DNA from: Eledone cirrhosa
Taxonomy: Eukaryota
Direction: 5' to 3'
Assembly (NCBI GenBank): GCA_964016885.1
Contig: OZ024741.1
Coordinates: forward strand, 287,928,001-287,992,000
Length of the DNA stretch: 64,000 nt
Both the position numbers and the translations under genes were made by a program. This document shows positions 12,235 through 25,700 of the stretch, piece after piece (position 1 is the first letter of the stretch; each line of letters opens with the position of its first letter). Under the pieces are notes generated by a model that saw only the letters and a list, made by a program, of their open reading frames with translations, was not told where the DNA came from and searched no databases.

Positions 12235-13500
12235 ATGGCCTCCTCTATATTGTGTGCGGTACGTACTTCGTTTTCTATTTTGCGTCCTTTACATTTATGT
12301 CACAATCCGTCTGTATTACCGCTGAAGAATACACGGTATCTTCCGATCCTAGGAAGCATTACCGATATCCGTTTCACTTCTTTTTTCAAACGTGTTCCCG
12401 CTGATCGTCTCTGGGAGAGTGTCGGTGGTGTAAGTAATGCTGGTAGGAAAAAAGGTAGAGGTCGTGGCCGAAAAAGAAAATTTGATCTGCACATCGGCCA
12501 AAATATCGGCGACGGTAAACAAAATATGATGTGGCCCGGACTCAATGCCCCTATCATAAAAGGAAGGAAACTGTTGAATGTAGAACATTTACCACCTAAT
12601 CCTGACAGACTGGAAAAAATACAGAAAGTGAGGGATCGCTTTCAAAGATCTCGTTTTTTCAAAGTACCGGCTATGCAACGTGGATGGACTGGGAGGCGGA
12701 TGCCCGGTATGAGTATAGGCCCTCCAGACCCTTTAGATGATTATAAATTTGAAGGGTTTGATACGAGAGTGTTAGAGCTGAAAACTGTAGCCAATATGAC
12801 ATCAACTCTGGGACGAAAACAAAGCTATAGTGCATTTGTTGTGACCGGAAATAAAAACGGTCTAGCTGGATTTGCTAAGGGTAGGTCAGCCTCGGCTAAA
12901 GATGCCCTGAGGAAGGCGAAAAATAAGGCGGCTCTACGATTACAATATGTTGAACGCTTCCAGGAACACACTCTTTGGCATAATATTTTTTGCCAGTATC
13001 GTGCAGTGAAATTTTTCGCTAAAAAAAAGCCACAGGGCTACGGTTTAACTTGTCACAGAGTCCTGAAAACTATCTGCGAAGTTATCGGCATTAAAGATTT
13101 GTACGCCAAGGTTGATAGCCACTCTAAAAATACTCAGTGTATGACTAAAGCATTCTTTGAAGGTTTGGTGCAGCAGGAAACACACCAGGAACTTGCAGAT
13201 CGAATGAAAATGCATCTTGTGGAATTTCGGAATGAAAGCGAATATTTTCCAAAGATTGTTTCTTCGCCTTCTGATGGAGAAATTTTGGATACTAAACCAA
13301 CAAACATTGACTTAGATTTTGAACATTTGTACTATAATGGGAAAAGACAATTAATAAAGAAAAAATCCAGCAAAACGAATCCATTAATGAAAAGGAGATT
13401 GTGGCTGAATTATAAACACAGAAACCAACAACAATCTAGATTGCAAAGAATTGTCTTTGGATTTGAAACACCCTGGGAAAAAAAAAACCAAGATATTTAG
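12235..13500 (+). CDS. MRPS5: Mitochondrial small ribosomal subunit protein uS5m, single coding exon
   Basis: 421-aa ORF. It has an N-terminal presequence-like region, LWESVGGVSNAGRKKGRG, RGWTGRRMPGMSIGPPDP, GFDTRVLELKTVANMT, VVTGNKNGLAGFAKG and GYGLTCHRVLKTICEVIGIKDLYAKV, matching the S5 N- and C-terminal domains of metazoan MRPS5. Confidence 0.96.
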   Translation: MASSILCAVRTSFSILRPLHLCHNPSVLPLKNTRYLPILGSITDIRFTSFFKRVPADRLWESVGGVSNAGRKKGRGRGRKRKFDLHIGQNIGDGKQNMMWPGLNAPIIKGRKLLNVEHLPPNPDRLEKIQKVRDRFQRSRFFKVPAMQRGWTGRRMPGMSIGPPDPLDDYKFEGFDTRVLELKTVANMTSTLGRKQSYSAFVVTGNKNGLAGFAKGRSASAKDALRKAKNKAALRLQYVERFQEHTLWHNIFCQYRAVKFFAKKKPQGYGLTCHRVLKTICEVIGIKDLYAKVDSHSKNTQCMTKAFFEGLVQQETHQELADRMKMHLVEFRNESEYFPKIVSSPSDGEILDTKPTNIDLDFEHLYYNGKRQLIKKKSSKTNPLMKRRLWLNYKHRNQQQSRLQRIVFGFETPWEKKNQDI

Positions 13501-15674
13501 TAACATAACTGCTATAATGGAACAAATGAGACTAATCATTTTTTCTACTTTTTGGCACAAGGCCATCAAATACTCAGTGCATTACTGGTACTTTATTTGA
13601 ACTCAGAATGGCAAGGGCCGTAACTCTATGCGCCAAAGCATGGCGTCCGACCCTATAATGATGTTATATTTGTGTGATATTAAAACAAAAGTCTTTATAT
13701 CTCTGTTGAGATCTTCGGAAATTCTTTGATTACTGTTCTTTTTAACAGAAATTTACATTATATGGCTTTCTAGTATTCTTTTATTATTTGTTGTTGTTTT
13801 TTTTTATTTTACCTTAACCATTCAAGTTTAATTTACTTTAATGTATGTATGTAGCCATAATTGCTAGTGGGGTTGTAGGAGTGCTGTCGTGACATACAGC
13901 GCATCAATGGCACTTTAAACCTTGCAGAGCACCTTCTCTCTCCATGTCTGAACACAACCGATTTCTTACAGAGAAGGGGAAAGAGATATAGAAGAAAAAT
14001 TAAGCCCAATAGATAAAAGTTGACCTCAACAGGATTAACACTCAGAGAGCCAGAATGAATATCACAAAGCATTCTATCCGATGTTCTAATGACTGCCAAA
14101 CAGTACCCAACCAGATATATTTTAGATCTTTCTTACGGGACATTGTGACTCACCCTTCTACAAGTAGTTTGGTAATTAAATAAGATTGATTCAAAATAGC
14201 TGTACCATTTATCCACTCAAAACAGCTGTGCTATTGAAATGTTTTGTCATGGTTTTAAACCTTACTACAAACTGTATTGAAATGTTTATCTGCTCAAAAT
14301 AATTGTGTTAAAATATTCAGTTTTTGAAACAAGGACACTCATAGCAATCAGCAGAGGTTAACTCCATTCCATATGTGTGTGCATATGCATGCAATACAGA
14401 AGACCCGACTTCACACTGCCACAGGCCGAAACTGAAGCATATATACAGTATGTCCCCCACCCCCCACCCCCGTTTAGTGTTCGTGGTATCACAACAAAAA
14501 GCATCCAGCCCACACTATAAAGTGGTCATGTAGGCATCACAACAAAAAGCACCCAGTGCTCACTGTAAATGAGGTTGGTGTTAGGAAGGGCATCCAGCTG
14601 TAGAAATCAAATCAGTTCTGTATAAGCAAGGCATGGTCACCTGAACTAGCATTGCCCACAACAAGACAACTCCTCTAACCCATGCTAGCGTGGAAGAATG
14701 GACGTAAAACGGTGATGATGATGATATATATATATATATATTGATAGTCTGCAGTTGGGAGGACCACAAATCAAAGAAGTACTCAATATATGGTAAGATG
14801 CAGAGTGGATATATTAGAAGAGGTAACCAGCCAAAACTGCCAAGCTCACAGTCAATCGTCTACTTCCCCTAATATATGTGTGTGTGTGTGTTCTACCATG
14901 CTGGCATAGGTTGCAATTTCAAATCCTCCTAAAGTTAGTGTGGTGTGTTGTGTTGTGTATCCCTGTCTACCAGATACAGAATGGAAGAGCCCTGAAAGAG
15001 TTGTTTTCTGAAGATTTAGAGATATTTTTAAAAAACCTATCTACTACTTTCTTTTCCTTCAACTAAAATAGATGGTTTCATATATGTTTACTGAGGCCAA
15101 TTGGATCATTACAATGGTCTTGTCTAGCTGCTGTGCATATACATGCATATAAATAGATATATGATCGTGACAAGTGATGATAATAAATATACACATATCT
15201 CATTGTACGAGGACCCTTCAGTCAAGTCAAAGACATGACAGCTTCCCTAGTGTTGGTGATCTACACAATAAACACACCTAGTACACTCTGTAAAGTGATT
15301 GGTGATAGAAAGAACATTCAGCTGTAGAAAGCTTGCCAAACAAAGGGTTGGGAGAACCCCTCAGTCATGTCAAGGAAATGACAGCCTCCCTGATGTTGGT
15401 GATCTACATGATAAAGACACCCAGTACATGCTGTAAAGTAATTTTTAATAGGAAGGGCATCCAGCCTTAGAAAGCTTGCTGAGCAAAGGGTTGGGAGGAC
15501 CCTTCAGCTGTGTCAAAGACATGACAACATCTCCTATGCACTCAGTTGAACATAATCGAGATCCAGATCCCTGTCGTGTCTGGGCGGTCAGGAGGCCTGC
15601 TTCAGTACTGACAGTCTATGTAGGCCCAACCAACCCTTGCTTTCAGGGAAAGCAGACTTAAAACAATGATGATT

Positions 15675-16215
15675 CTATTTAAAGCTGTATATAGCTATGG
15701 TGCGGCCACACTTAGAATTTGCATCACCAGTCAGGAACCCCTATTTTGCTCAGAACATTGACCTGGAAACTGTTCAGAGACGTGCAACCATGCAAATACC
15801 CTCCATCAGGCATCTACCATACTCTGAACGCTTTGCTTCCCTGCACATAGATACATTGAAGCTCCAACGTCTGGCAACTGACTTAGTAAACACAAAATTA
15901 TTAACCATCTTGCCAATAACAACCCTGAGCACCTTTTTGAATTCCATTTGTCTAACACTGTGGGCATGCCTACAAAGTCAGAAAACAGCACAGCTCCCAT
16001 GACTTTCAGAAACATTTTTCCTCAGAGTTGCTGAAGCATGGAACAAACTACCTGCATCAGTTGTTAGCTGCCAAGACACTGCATCCTTTAAAACCTTCAT
16101 GCTTCCTGAAATTCGCCAACACTATACCTGATATCCCCCCTCCATACACACGCGCACATGTATATCATGACTCATACACTGTTCACTTTCCTGACATTTG
16201 TACATTATTCTATGT
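15675..16215 (+). mobile_element. CR1/Jockey-type LINE 3' fragment
   Basis: VRPHLEFASPVRNPY...LETVQRRAT...LPYSER. The 3' tail (gactcatacactgttcactttcctgac) recurs at about 32720 and 40160. Confidence 0.85.
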
Positions 16216-16219
16216 ACAG

Positions 16220-16395
16220 TGTTGGTAGAGGGTCGGACGCCATGCTTTGACGTATAGAGTTACGGCCTTTGCCATTCTGAGTTCAAATCCCGCCGAGGTT
16301 AACTTTGCCTTTCATCCTTACGGGGTCGATAAAATAAAGTACCAGTAATGTACTGGTTAATTACTGGCCTTGTGCCAAAAGTAGAAACAATTATT
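16220..16395 (+). mobile_element. tRNA-derived short SINE (dominant family)
   Basis: gagttcaaatcc B-box, core ctttgcctttcatccttacggggtcgataaaataaagtaccag (Meta-domain-like), ATT tail. Many copies, e.g. 50-455, 28828-29045, 38045-38262, 50080-50250 and 58130-58317. Confidence 0.85.
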
Positions 16396-17899
16396 CTATG
16401 TACTATACACCTTTGATGAGTTGTAGTACACCTGAGCACTGTACACAATAATTGTGTTGTACATTATTCTATGTACATGCACCTTTGATGAGTTGTAGTA
16501 CACCTGAGCACTATACACAATAATTGTATTATTATTATTATACTGTATAATTCTCCAGTGTTTTTCCTCATTCACTTTTCGCAACTTCCCCATATATATA
16601 CATTGGTTTTAACAAACAGGAGAAAAAATACTCAATATCGGAGTGTAATTGTATATTTAGGCAGATTTGGGGCCTGGTTACTCTGGAGTTACCTGAAATG
16701 TTTACATATGATAATAAGTGGGTAGAGAGCAGCTGAACTGGATTGGAGGGTGGGTTTATAGCTGTGAGTAGGTAAATAGTGAGATAAAAGGAGAAAACAC
16801 AAAAATAACTCAGAAATATTTGAATATATTTTATTAAAGCTTTTATACAATTATATTTTTTTTCAATTTTTACAAGAAGACCAGAGGTCATTTATTCTGT
16901 TGAGGGTCACTTAAATATGGAAATTTGTGTCAACGATGATGTATTTATGTAACTCTGTAACTGATGAAGTCACAAGGATGCCATCATAACATAAGGTTTG
17001 TCTTAGGCACATTAAACCTGGTGGAGCCCATCCCCGCTTTAGGTCTGAACACATCTGATTTCCTTCAGAGAAGGAGAAAGAGATATAGAGGGAGAAGGGG
17101 AGGGTGTGAGAAAAAGATATAGAGCGAGAATCAACCACAGTATTGAACTGTTACTTTTTGTATTGACCTCGAATGGATGAAAGGTAAAGTTCACCTCAAT
17201 GGAATTTGAACTCAGAAAACCAAAACAAATGCCATAATACATTCCATTTGCTAACAACTGCTAATTTGTCACCTATGTGATGATGATGATAATGGCTGTA
17301 ATGGTTACTTACAGGGGCACAAAGCCATGATGGTCTAGCTATAAGTTAAGTTGATTAAATTGACTCTAGTATTTCACTAGTGTGCATTTTAACAATACCC
17401 TGAGGAATGACGAAGTCAACATTATCAAAATCATCAAATTATAATAGTTTCAAATTTGTCACAAGACCAGGAATTTTTTATTTATTTGAAGGTGGTGGGG
17501 GCATTAAATTGACTCCAGTACTTGACTGTAGAATGACAAGCTAACTAGGATATTACTGAGAATAAATACTACAAGGTAATACTTATTTCATTGAACCAGG
17601 GTGAATGTGTGGATAAAAGCTAAAGTTGATGCTAGCAGGATTTGAACTCAGACAATAGAGATATAACTACTTACTGTGAAATTATTTAACTCAACATTTC
17701 ATTATTTTAACAGAAATGTAGTCAAAAACTACTGCAATTTCTGACTGAGCTACCATCATCATAATCGTTTAATGTCCATCTTCCACACTAGCATGGGTAG
17801 GACAGGCTATCACATGTGAGGAATCAGGTCTGGGACCGTGATTCGCTCACACTGAACTGCTTTTGGCTTGGTTCTACTCCAATAGCCACCAAGCAATGG

Positions 17900-19290
17900 A
17901 TATTGAAGTAGTAGTATTAGTCAATTAAATTGACTCCAATAAATGATTGATAGTTATTTTAGTGACCATCAAAAGGATAAAAGGAAAGGGTACCTTGGTG
18001 GGTTAATTTTGGTGAATTCAGAACCTAAAGGGACATTACTTAAGACTGCAAGAAATTTTCTCTGATGCTTTACTGATTCTGCCATCAACACCCAACCCAC
18101 AGCAGTCATAATAGTATTTAGTAATAATAATAATAATGGTTTCTGATTAAGGTAGAAGTCTAACAATTTGGGGGGAGGGGAAATTTGATTAAATCGACCT
18201 CAGTGCATTTCTGGTACTTTATTTTATCAATTTGTAAGGATGAAAGGCAAAGCTAACCTTGGCAGGATTTGAAATCAGAACCTAAGGACCATAATTAAAC
18301 ACTGCCAAGCACTTCATCCAATGCCCTGACAATTCTGCCAACTCAATAATAATTCTAACATAGGCACAAGGGCAGTAATTTGAGAGGAAGGGAAAGTTGA
18401 TTAAATTGACTACAGTACTTTACTTGTACTTTATTTTAGTGACCCTGGAAAGCTGAGAGACGAAGCTGACTTGGCAGGATTTGAACTTAGAACATAAAGG
18501 GTTGTAACTAAATGCTACAAAGCTTTTTGTACAACACTATCAATTCTGCCAATCCATGATCCTTGATAATAATGTTGATTTCTAATATAGACACAAGGCC
18601 TGCAATTTGTCAGGAAGAGAAAGTCAATTGTCAGGTCATTAAGTATGAAATGTTCGATTTTGAATTGAAAGTACTTAAGGAAATCGAACATTTCATACTT
18701 AATGACTTAATATATCAACCTCAGTATTTAACTGGTACTTTATTTTATCACCCCCCAGAAAGATGAAAGACAGGATTTGAACTCAAAATTTAAAAGGCAG
18801 GAACAATGCCAAAAACATATTATCCAACACTAATGATTTTGCCTTAATGATTTCTAATTTAGGCACAAGGCCAGCAATTTAGAGGAAAGGGGAAAATTGA
18901 TTAAATCGACCCAGTACTACACTGGGACTTCATTTTATCGACCCTGGAAAGATGAAAGACAAAGCTGACTTGGGAGGATTTGAACTCAAAACAATGTTAC
19001 AAAGCATTTTGTTCAGCACTCTATTGATTCTACCAATCCACCACCCTCTGTATTAATTATAATAATAATCGTTTCTGATTTAGGCACAAAGCCCACAATT
19101 TTATGTGAGGGGAAAATTGATTAAATCAACCTCAGTGCATTACTGGTGCTTTATTTTATCGACCCCGTAAGGATGAAAGGCAAAGCTAACCTCAGTGGGA
19201 TTTAAACTCAGACCATAAAGGGTCGTAACTTTATGCTACAAAGCATGGTGTCCAATGCTCTACTGATACTGCCAATTCACCACCCTTAAT
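17900..19290 (-). mobile_element. Head-to-tail cluster of about 6 SINE copies
   Basis: Repeated aggcacaagg...gaccc...gatgaaaggcaaag...atttgaactcag units separated by (AAT)n. Confidence 0.8.
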
Positions 19291-19668
19291 AATGATGACA
19301 TTAATCACAATCAAGCCAAAACTAGAATTTTCAATATAGATCGGGAAGACATTATGTTAAAATAAAATATTTTATGTTTTGAAACTTAATGTGGAAAATA
19401 TCTTATTTCAATGTGGAATAGCAACATATGGAGAAAAGGGAATTGATTCTCAAAAGTACAACTAATCAGGATGACTTGCCTTTCCAATCTCTGAATCATG
19501 ATTAATTATTCAAAGTCAGACATGGTTACAATCTTATATTAGGTCTTGTAGAAATATCAAAATCATTATATCAATAACGGAACTGTTTTTTTTTTAAATC
19601 ATTTCTACATATTTCCAGCATCAGATTCAATGAAAAATCTAAGCTGTTGCTTCAGCTTCCAAATAGTA

Positions 19669-19770
19669 TCAGGATTGAAACTCTAATGATATTTTATTAG
19701 CCAGGTTGCACAAAGCCTTGTTGGTTATGTTGTTTTTGGCTTTTAACTCTACATAATGCAATGTTTGAGT
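19669..19770 (-). CDS. VPS35L: VPS35L last coding exon (TQTLHYVE...EFQS*)
   Basis: Polypyrimidine tract plus cag acceptor, 33 codons then TGA; aligns loosely with the C-terminal TLEYI...LA. Confidence 0.8.
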   Translation of the reverse strand, partial: TQTLHYVELKAKNNITNKALCNLANKISLEFQS

Positions 19771-22700
19771 CTGAAAATAAAAAAAAAATTATTTTATCAA
19801 TTCAAACATCTGTATAGAGCTAATTAAGCATGATAGGTTAAGAGCGGTATCTAAAACTTCTTATAATTAAGAAACAAAAAAAAAAGAGAAAAGGAAAAAG
19901 GAAACAAAAAAATAAGAAAAGATGTAGAAACAAGGAGTTATATATATATCACCAGAAGTGAAAAATTGAATTGTTGATGTTACAAAACTTGTATGGGATC
20001 CTACAGCAAGCACTATGCATGTAGTTATAGGCATGGCTATGTGGTTAAGGAGTTAGTTTGTAAACACATGGCACTAAGTTAAATCCCATGTATGGCACCT
20101 TGGCCAAGTGACTACTACAGCCTTGGATTGACTAATGGCTTGTGAATGGAAATTTGGTAGATGGAAACTGTGGAAGTATATATGTGTATATGTATGTGCA
20201 TGATGAGGTCCACCAGAGATCTGTCCTCGGTCCACTCATGTTTATCATTTATCCTTCAGGCCATCACTGAGAAGTTTAAAATTGGCACTCCATATGCTGA
20301 ATCGATAAGAGGTTTAGAGGCAAAATTTCAAGCATAAAAGAAGAACCTAAAGTTGAAAGAAGACAAGATGGAAAGTGGCTTTGTTCAATATGTGAGAAAG
20401 GGGTGGGTAGTAATTCCATCAGATGCACAGAGTGTAATTTATGGATACACAAGAAATGTACTGGGATTGCAGGCAGGCTAACAGAAAAGATAAACTTTAT
20501 ATGTGGCAGATGCACAGAAGTAAGCACTAAGAATACATGTGAAATAAATTCCTTCAGTTGACAGCTTTTGTTACCTAGGCGATCAAATTAGCAGTGGAGG
20601 CAGATGCGCTGAAAGTGTGATAGCTAGGATAAGAACAGGCTGGAAGAGGTTTAGAAAGCTGTTACCACTATTAACAACAAAGGGCTTTTCTGTCAGAGTG
20701 AAGGGTAGACTGTATGATATCTGAATGCGATCTGCAATGTTATATGGCAGTGAAACATGGGCTTTGACTGCAGAGGCTAGAAAGAAATGAATTGAGTATG
20801 CTCCAATGGATGTGTAATGTTAGTGTGCATGAGCGATATAGCATAAGCAAACTGAGGGGAAAAATTAGCTGAGTGAGTCAGAGAGAAGACTGCGTTGGTA
20901 TGGACATGTGATGTGATTGGAAGATGGCAGTGGCATTAAAAAATGGAGGGAAAGCAGACATTAAAATGATGATGATAAAGAAGACACTTTCTCCTCTTAC
21001 AATTTGTTTCTTATCCATACAGCCATGTTTCAGTGATAATCCCCACAAATTAGTGGCTAATGTAAACATATTGGCTTCTGACAACTGTCCATGAGCAATG
21101 ATTGTGTTGAAGAGCTCCAAAGCCAAATAACTTTGTCTTCTGAATGCCTGCACAAGAAAAAATAATTTAAAATTATAATTTAAAAAAAATAAATAAAAAA
21201 TCACAATTAATTTGTCACTACAATCGTCATTAAGATTTGCAACTGACTTAGTCAGAGTATTAGTGAGTGGAAGATAAAGCTTGCTAAAAGTAGCAGCTAA
21301 ATCTCTCAAAAATCATACATGACCTCTGACGGTTTTCTTGGCCCATTGAATTACAGGTCAACTCATGGTTAAATGAAACTTGACAAAGATGTCCTGTAGT
21401 GAGTTCGAACCCAAGACATAATGATTGCAAAGTGAATTTCTTAACCATTCAGCTGTGCTGTGTCAACTAAGAAACCCTGCGAGGTAATAATAAAGAAGCA
21501 CCAATGTGCTGTCTAATCTTGTTTTTGTATTTTTTTTTACTAGTCCTGTTCATCGAATTGCAACCTTGCTGATTTACAGCCTTCAATGACCTTATTCAAT
21601 CATACCAAATCAACTCAAGCCCGGTAGTATACAACACATTAGATAACATAGTCCCAGATACACATTGTCTGAATAAAATAAGAGATGGTCATAGTAGGAA
21701 CAAACTTCAATAATAGGTCTGTGTTGAATTAAAGCTGGTCTAGAGCTTAACAAAAGTAACAACTCCCAGCTGCCTACATCATTACTGTTGGACAAGCTAA
21801 AAGGATATTAACTCTTTTGATAGCAAACTTCCTGAAACTACCCCAGGCTTTACGATACAAAGCTATTTTAGTGTTTATATTTATCTAAAAACCTTTCATG
21901 ATAATTTTATGTAAGAACCTTTGTTAAATTATGTTCCACACACCAGCTTAATAATGAGAAAGTTAGTTGTATAACTAAATCCATCCAAATTCTTGACTAT
22001 TTGAAAATCATAGACAGTGTCTTTCATTAGAAATATGGTAACAAAAGAACTAACAGACATGTAGCATTATGTGTACTGCACAACAATGCATCTCTACACA
22101 ATCATTGGAAAATATACTTCACTCTTAATCCTTTAGCATATCCGGCAAGAATTCTCTCACCTCCTTCGATTCAAACCAGCTCTATCTGGCCACTCATACT
22201 AATGTTAAGGTATTGTTCTCAACATAAATAATATCAAAATCTCAGATTCGATATTATGTGAGGTAAACCTTTACCCTGAAAATATAATAGTATATATAGA
22301 GTAATGTAAATGCTAAAGGGTTAATGCAGCAATTCTTGCATTTAATTCAGCCTCCTGCCTTCCATCACTTCTGGAAACAAGCAGAGATATTTGAACTTCA
22401 CCTGCTACAGTGTAATTTCACTCATATGCAGAGCAGACTGGGAAGATTTTTTCAAGAGGATGAATGTCTCAGTCTTTGTAACACTGATTTTTATTCCTGT
22501 TGTGTGGCACTTGGCAGCAAACCTATCCAGTGCATGTCAGATCACTTTCCAATGGGTTAAGAAGCACTATGTCATTTACAAATATCAGCCAACTGATCCT
22601 ACATCCACCAGTTTTTATATCACTTCCAACCTGGCTGCACATGTCAATCCTGCTTGTAAAGATTATGAATAGGAGAGGTGACAATACACATCTTTGGTGG

Positions 22701-25700
22701 AATCTGATACCCACATTGAATGGTTTCAACTTAGCATCATTCATCAGAGCACAAATACTAAGACAATCCTTCCAATCACGCCTTTCCATATTAGGTGATC
22801 AGTGCCAACATGTACAGTCTTTCAATAGGATATATGACTCAATCTTAACTACATCTAACTCTGCAATGGCTTCAACAAGGAAGGATCTGTATTATGGCTC
22901 GCTGTTTGGCACATAAACTTGCACCATCCACAGAGGCCTTTCTTTCAGCTTCACAATGGGATCCATTCCATAACACATTCTGATAGCCGGGGACTTCTAA
23001 GTATCCCCACTCCTACCTGTGCAGTCATTTCTGGCACCACATATGAATAGTGGATTTTTTTATCCTCCATCCAAATCTACAGTATCAGAGCTATGGAACT
23101 TTGTTGAGGAAACCCTGACTATATTTAGATGATAGCATCTGACCTCTTCCACTAGTCCCTGCTCTTTACTATTAAGGATTGTAATGTTCCAGTTGCCAAT
23201 TGTTAATGACTGCTCCCTTCTAGACCCTTTTTGGGGGATTCAGGATATGCAACCTTTGTGCATCCATCCTACACCTCCCAGAACATGTTGTAGGCCTATC
23301 ATTTTGGCATTAGATGGTGACTGTGGTATATTTGCTGGAACTGGTGCAGTAATGTGCCAGCTTCAGCACTCAGTCATCAGAAGAAGGGAGGTAGAGACAA
23401 AAGTCAAACTCACAATCTTTAATGTGAAGGTAATATATAGCTAGTTAAAACAGAACCATCAATTTGACCTGCAAGAATGACCCCAAAAAGACAACAGGTT
23501 TGTAAGAACTATAAGTTATGGAACAACAATAAATATATTATATTGCAATTTACCAAACCTAACCCATCATTATATGCTGGATGTTAAGAAATTCTACCTT
23601 ACCTCTTGTGATGCGAGGGTTTTTAAGTGTCCAAGAATTTCTGTGATTAAGCTGTCACATAAGGTTTGAATTTCTTCAATAAATATTGGATCTGAACCAT
23701 AAAGGTTATCGTTAGAATCAACTGCAAAGACAAATAAAGTACATAACCCTTTTATATTATATATATAGATATACACACAAACACACATTCATATACACAT
23801 GTACATATACACTCCCGACAGAGTCGTAAGAGTGCCGTATTGCATATGATGTTTCTAGGGCTTTTTTCTTTAAACCTCTCCAGGTCTGAATGCACCAGAT
23901 TTCTTTAAGAGAAGGATAGAGAGGTAGAGAATGAAAGTGAAAGGAAGAATTGACCCCAGTACTAGACTGGTACTTTTTTTTATCAACTTTGAATGGATGA
24001 AAGGTAAAGTTGAACTCGGTGGGATTTGAATTCAGATATAGATCCGAAATGGATACCACAAAACACTCTATCTGACGTTCTATATACATATATATATGTA
24101 AGGCGTATGGCTTGGCTAGAGTGTCGGGCTTACAATCTTGAAGTTGTGAATTCAATTCTTGGACCGGGCTTTGCGTTGTGTTCTTGAGCAAAATACTTTA
24201 TTTCACGTTGCTCCAATTCACTTAGTTGTAGAAATGAGTTTACGCAGCTATGGGTTAAATAGCCTCACCAACCCGCTATTGGCCAAGAATGATGAGTACG
24301 GCTACACCCCTGACATGGCCAAAACCAAAATAGAAAACGGTGGAGGTCAATCAGGGAGGGGTTCCTCCGGTAGGAGTGAAAAGACCCTAGATTGAATATA
24401 TCAAGAGTACCACTAACACAGGATTGTAGAAATTAGAAGCATACATAAATCTATATACAATAGGTTTATATAAAAAAAAAACATATACGGTCTAGCTGTA
24501 TTTATTTCACTGTGTGGTCATTTTATAGCTACCTCTATATCCATAGAAGAACAGGATATATATATGTACTTCATAATTATTATCAATTATTTACTGACTG
24601 TCAAAGTTCATGACATTCTATAGATTTTGTAAATCAATCATTCTCATGATGGCTTATTTACAATATATGACCACAGCTTGAAATACATTATTTCTTTCTA
24701 ACCTTCACAGATCTCTTCAGTCCATGCTCATATCTTACTACCAAACAATATCACATTATATGTGCAGGCATCATACACACACACAAACGTACATACACAC
24801 ACATATACATGGTGGATCTGTACAGTTTCTATCTATTAAATTCTATACACAAAGTATTAATCAACCTGAGGCTATGGTAAAGCACACTTGCCCAAACTAT
24901 TGCACAGTGGGATCAAACACAACACCACATTATTGTGAAAAGAACTTATTAACCACACAGCCATACCTACACCTATGTAGAACAAGGCTAAAAATAAATT
25001 TTTTTCTTTCTTTTTCAACATATAATTCCCTATACACTAAGGTGGGTTACATAATTTTCATCATGTGCTAATTATGACTTTCTAGTAGCTTTACCTTTGT
25101 AAACATGGTACAAATAGTCTTCCTGGCAGGTTGCTGATAACATGCCTAACACTCGGATATAAAGCAGTATTTTGCTATCTGTGTTAGACTCTGTGTTGTA
25201 ACCTTTCAACACATTTAGCATCCCTTTTAACACATACATTACTCCAGCATCAGGACTGTCCTGAAAGAACAAAGAAAAATATTATTATTATTATTAGGAT
25301 TGACAATGTTGGTAGAACATCGGACAAAATGCTTTGCAGTGTTTAGTTATGTCTTTCTACATTCTGCGTTCAAATCACCCCAAGGTCAACTTTGCCTTTC
25401 ATCCAGGGTCAATAAAAGAAAGTACCAGTTAAGTATTGGAAAGTCGATATAATTGACTTTCCACAAAATTTCTGGCCTTGCACCAGTTTAAAAAGGAATT
25501 ATTAAGGTTAATGACAGGATTGTTAGAATATTGGAGAAAAGTATTTGTACCAGCTGTTTATGAGGACTTGGCCTGATATGAGAAGATCTGTCTTCAGAAC
25601 TTTTGACTGCATCTACCATACAACTTTCTTCACAGGAGAAAGAATACTTTCTTTTCCTTGCCAATAGAAGACAGTAGTTTGATCTCCACAATTAACTCAG

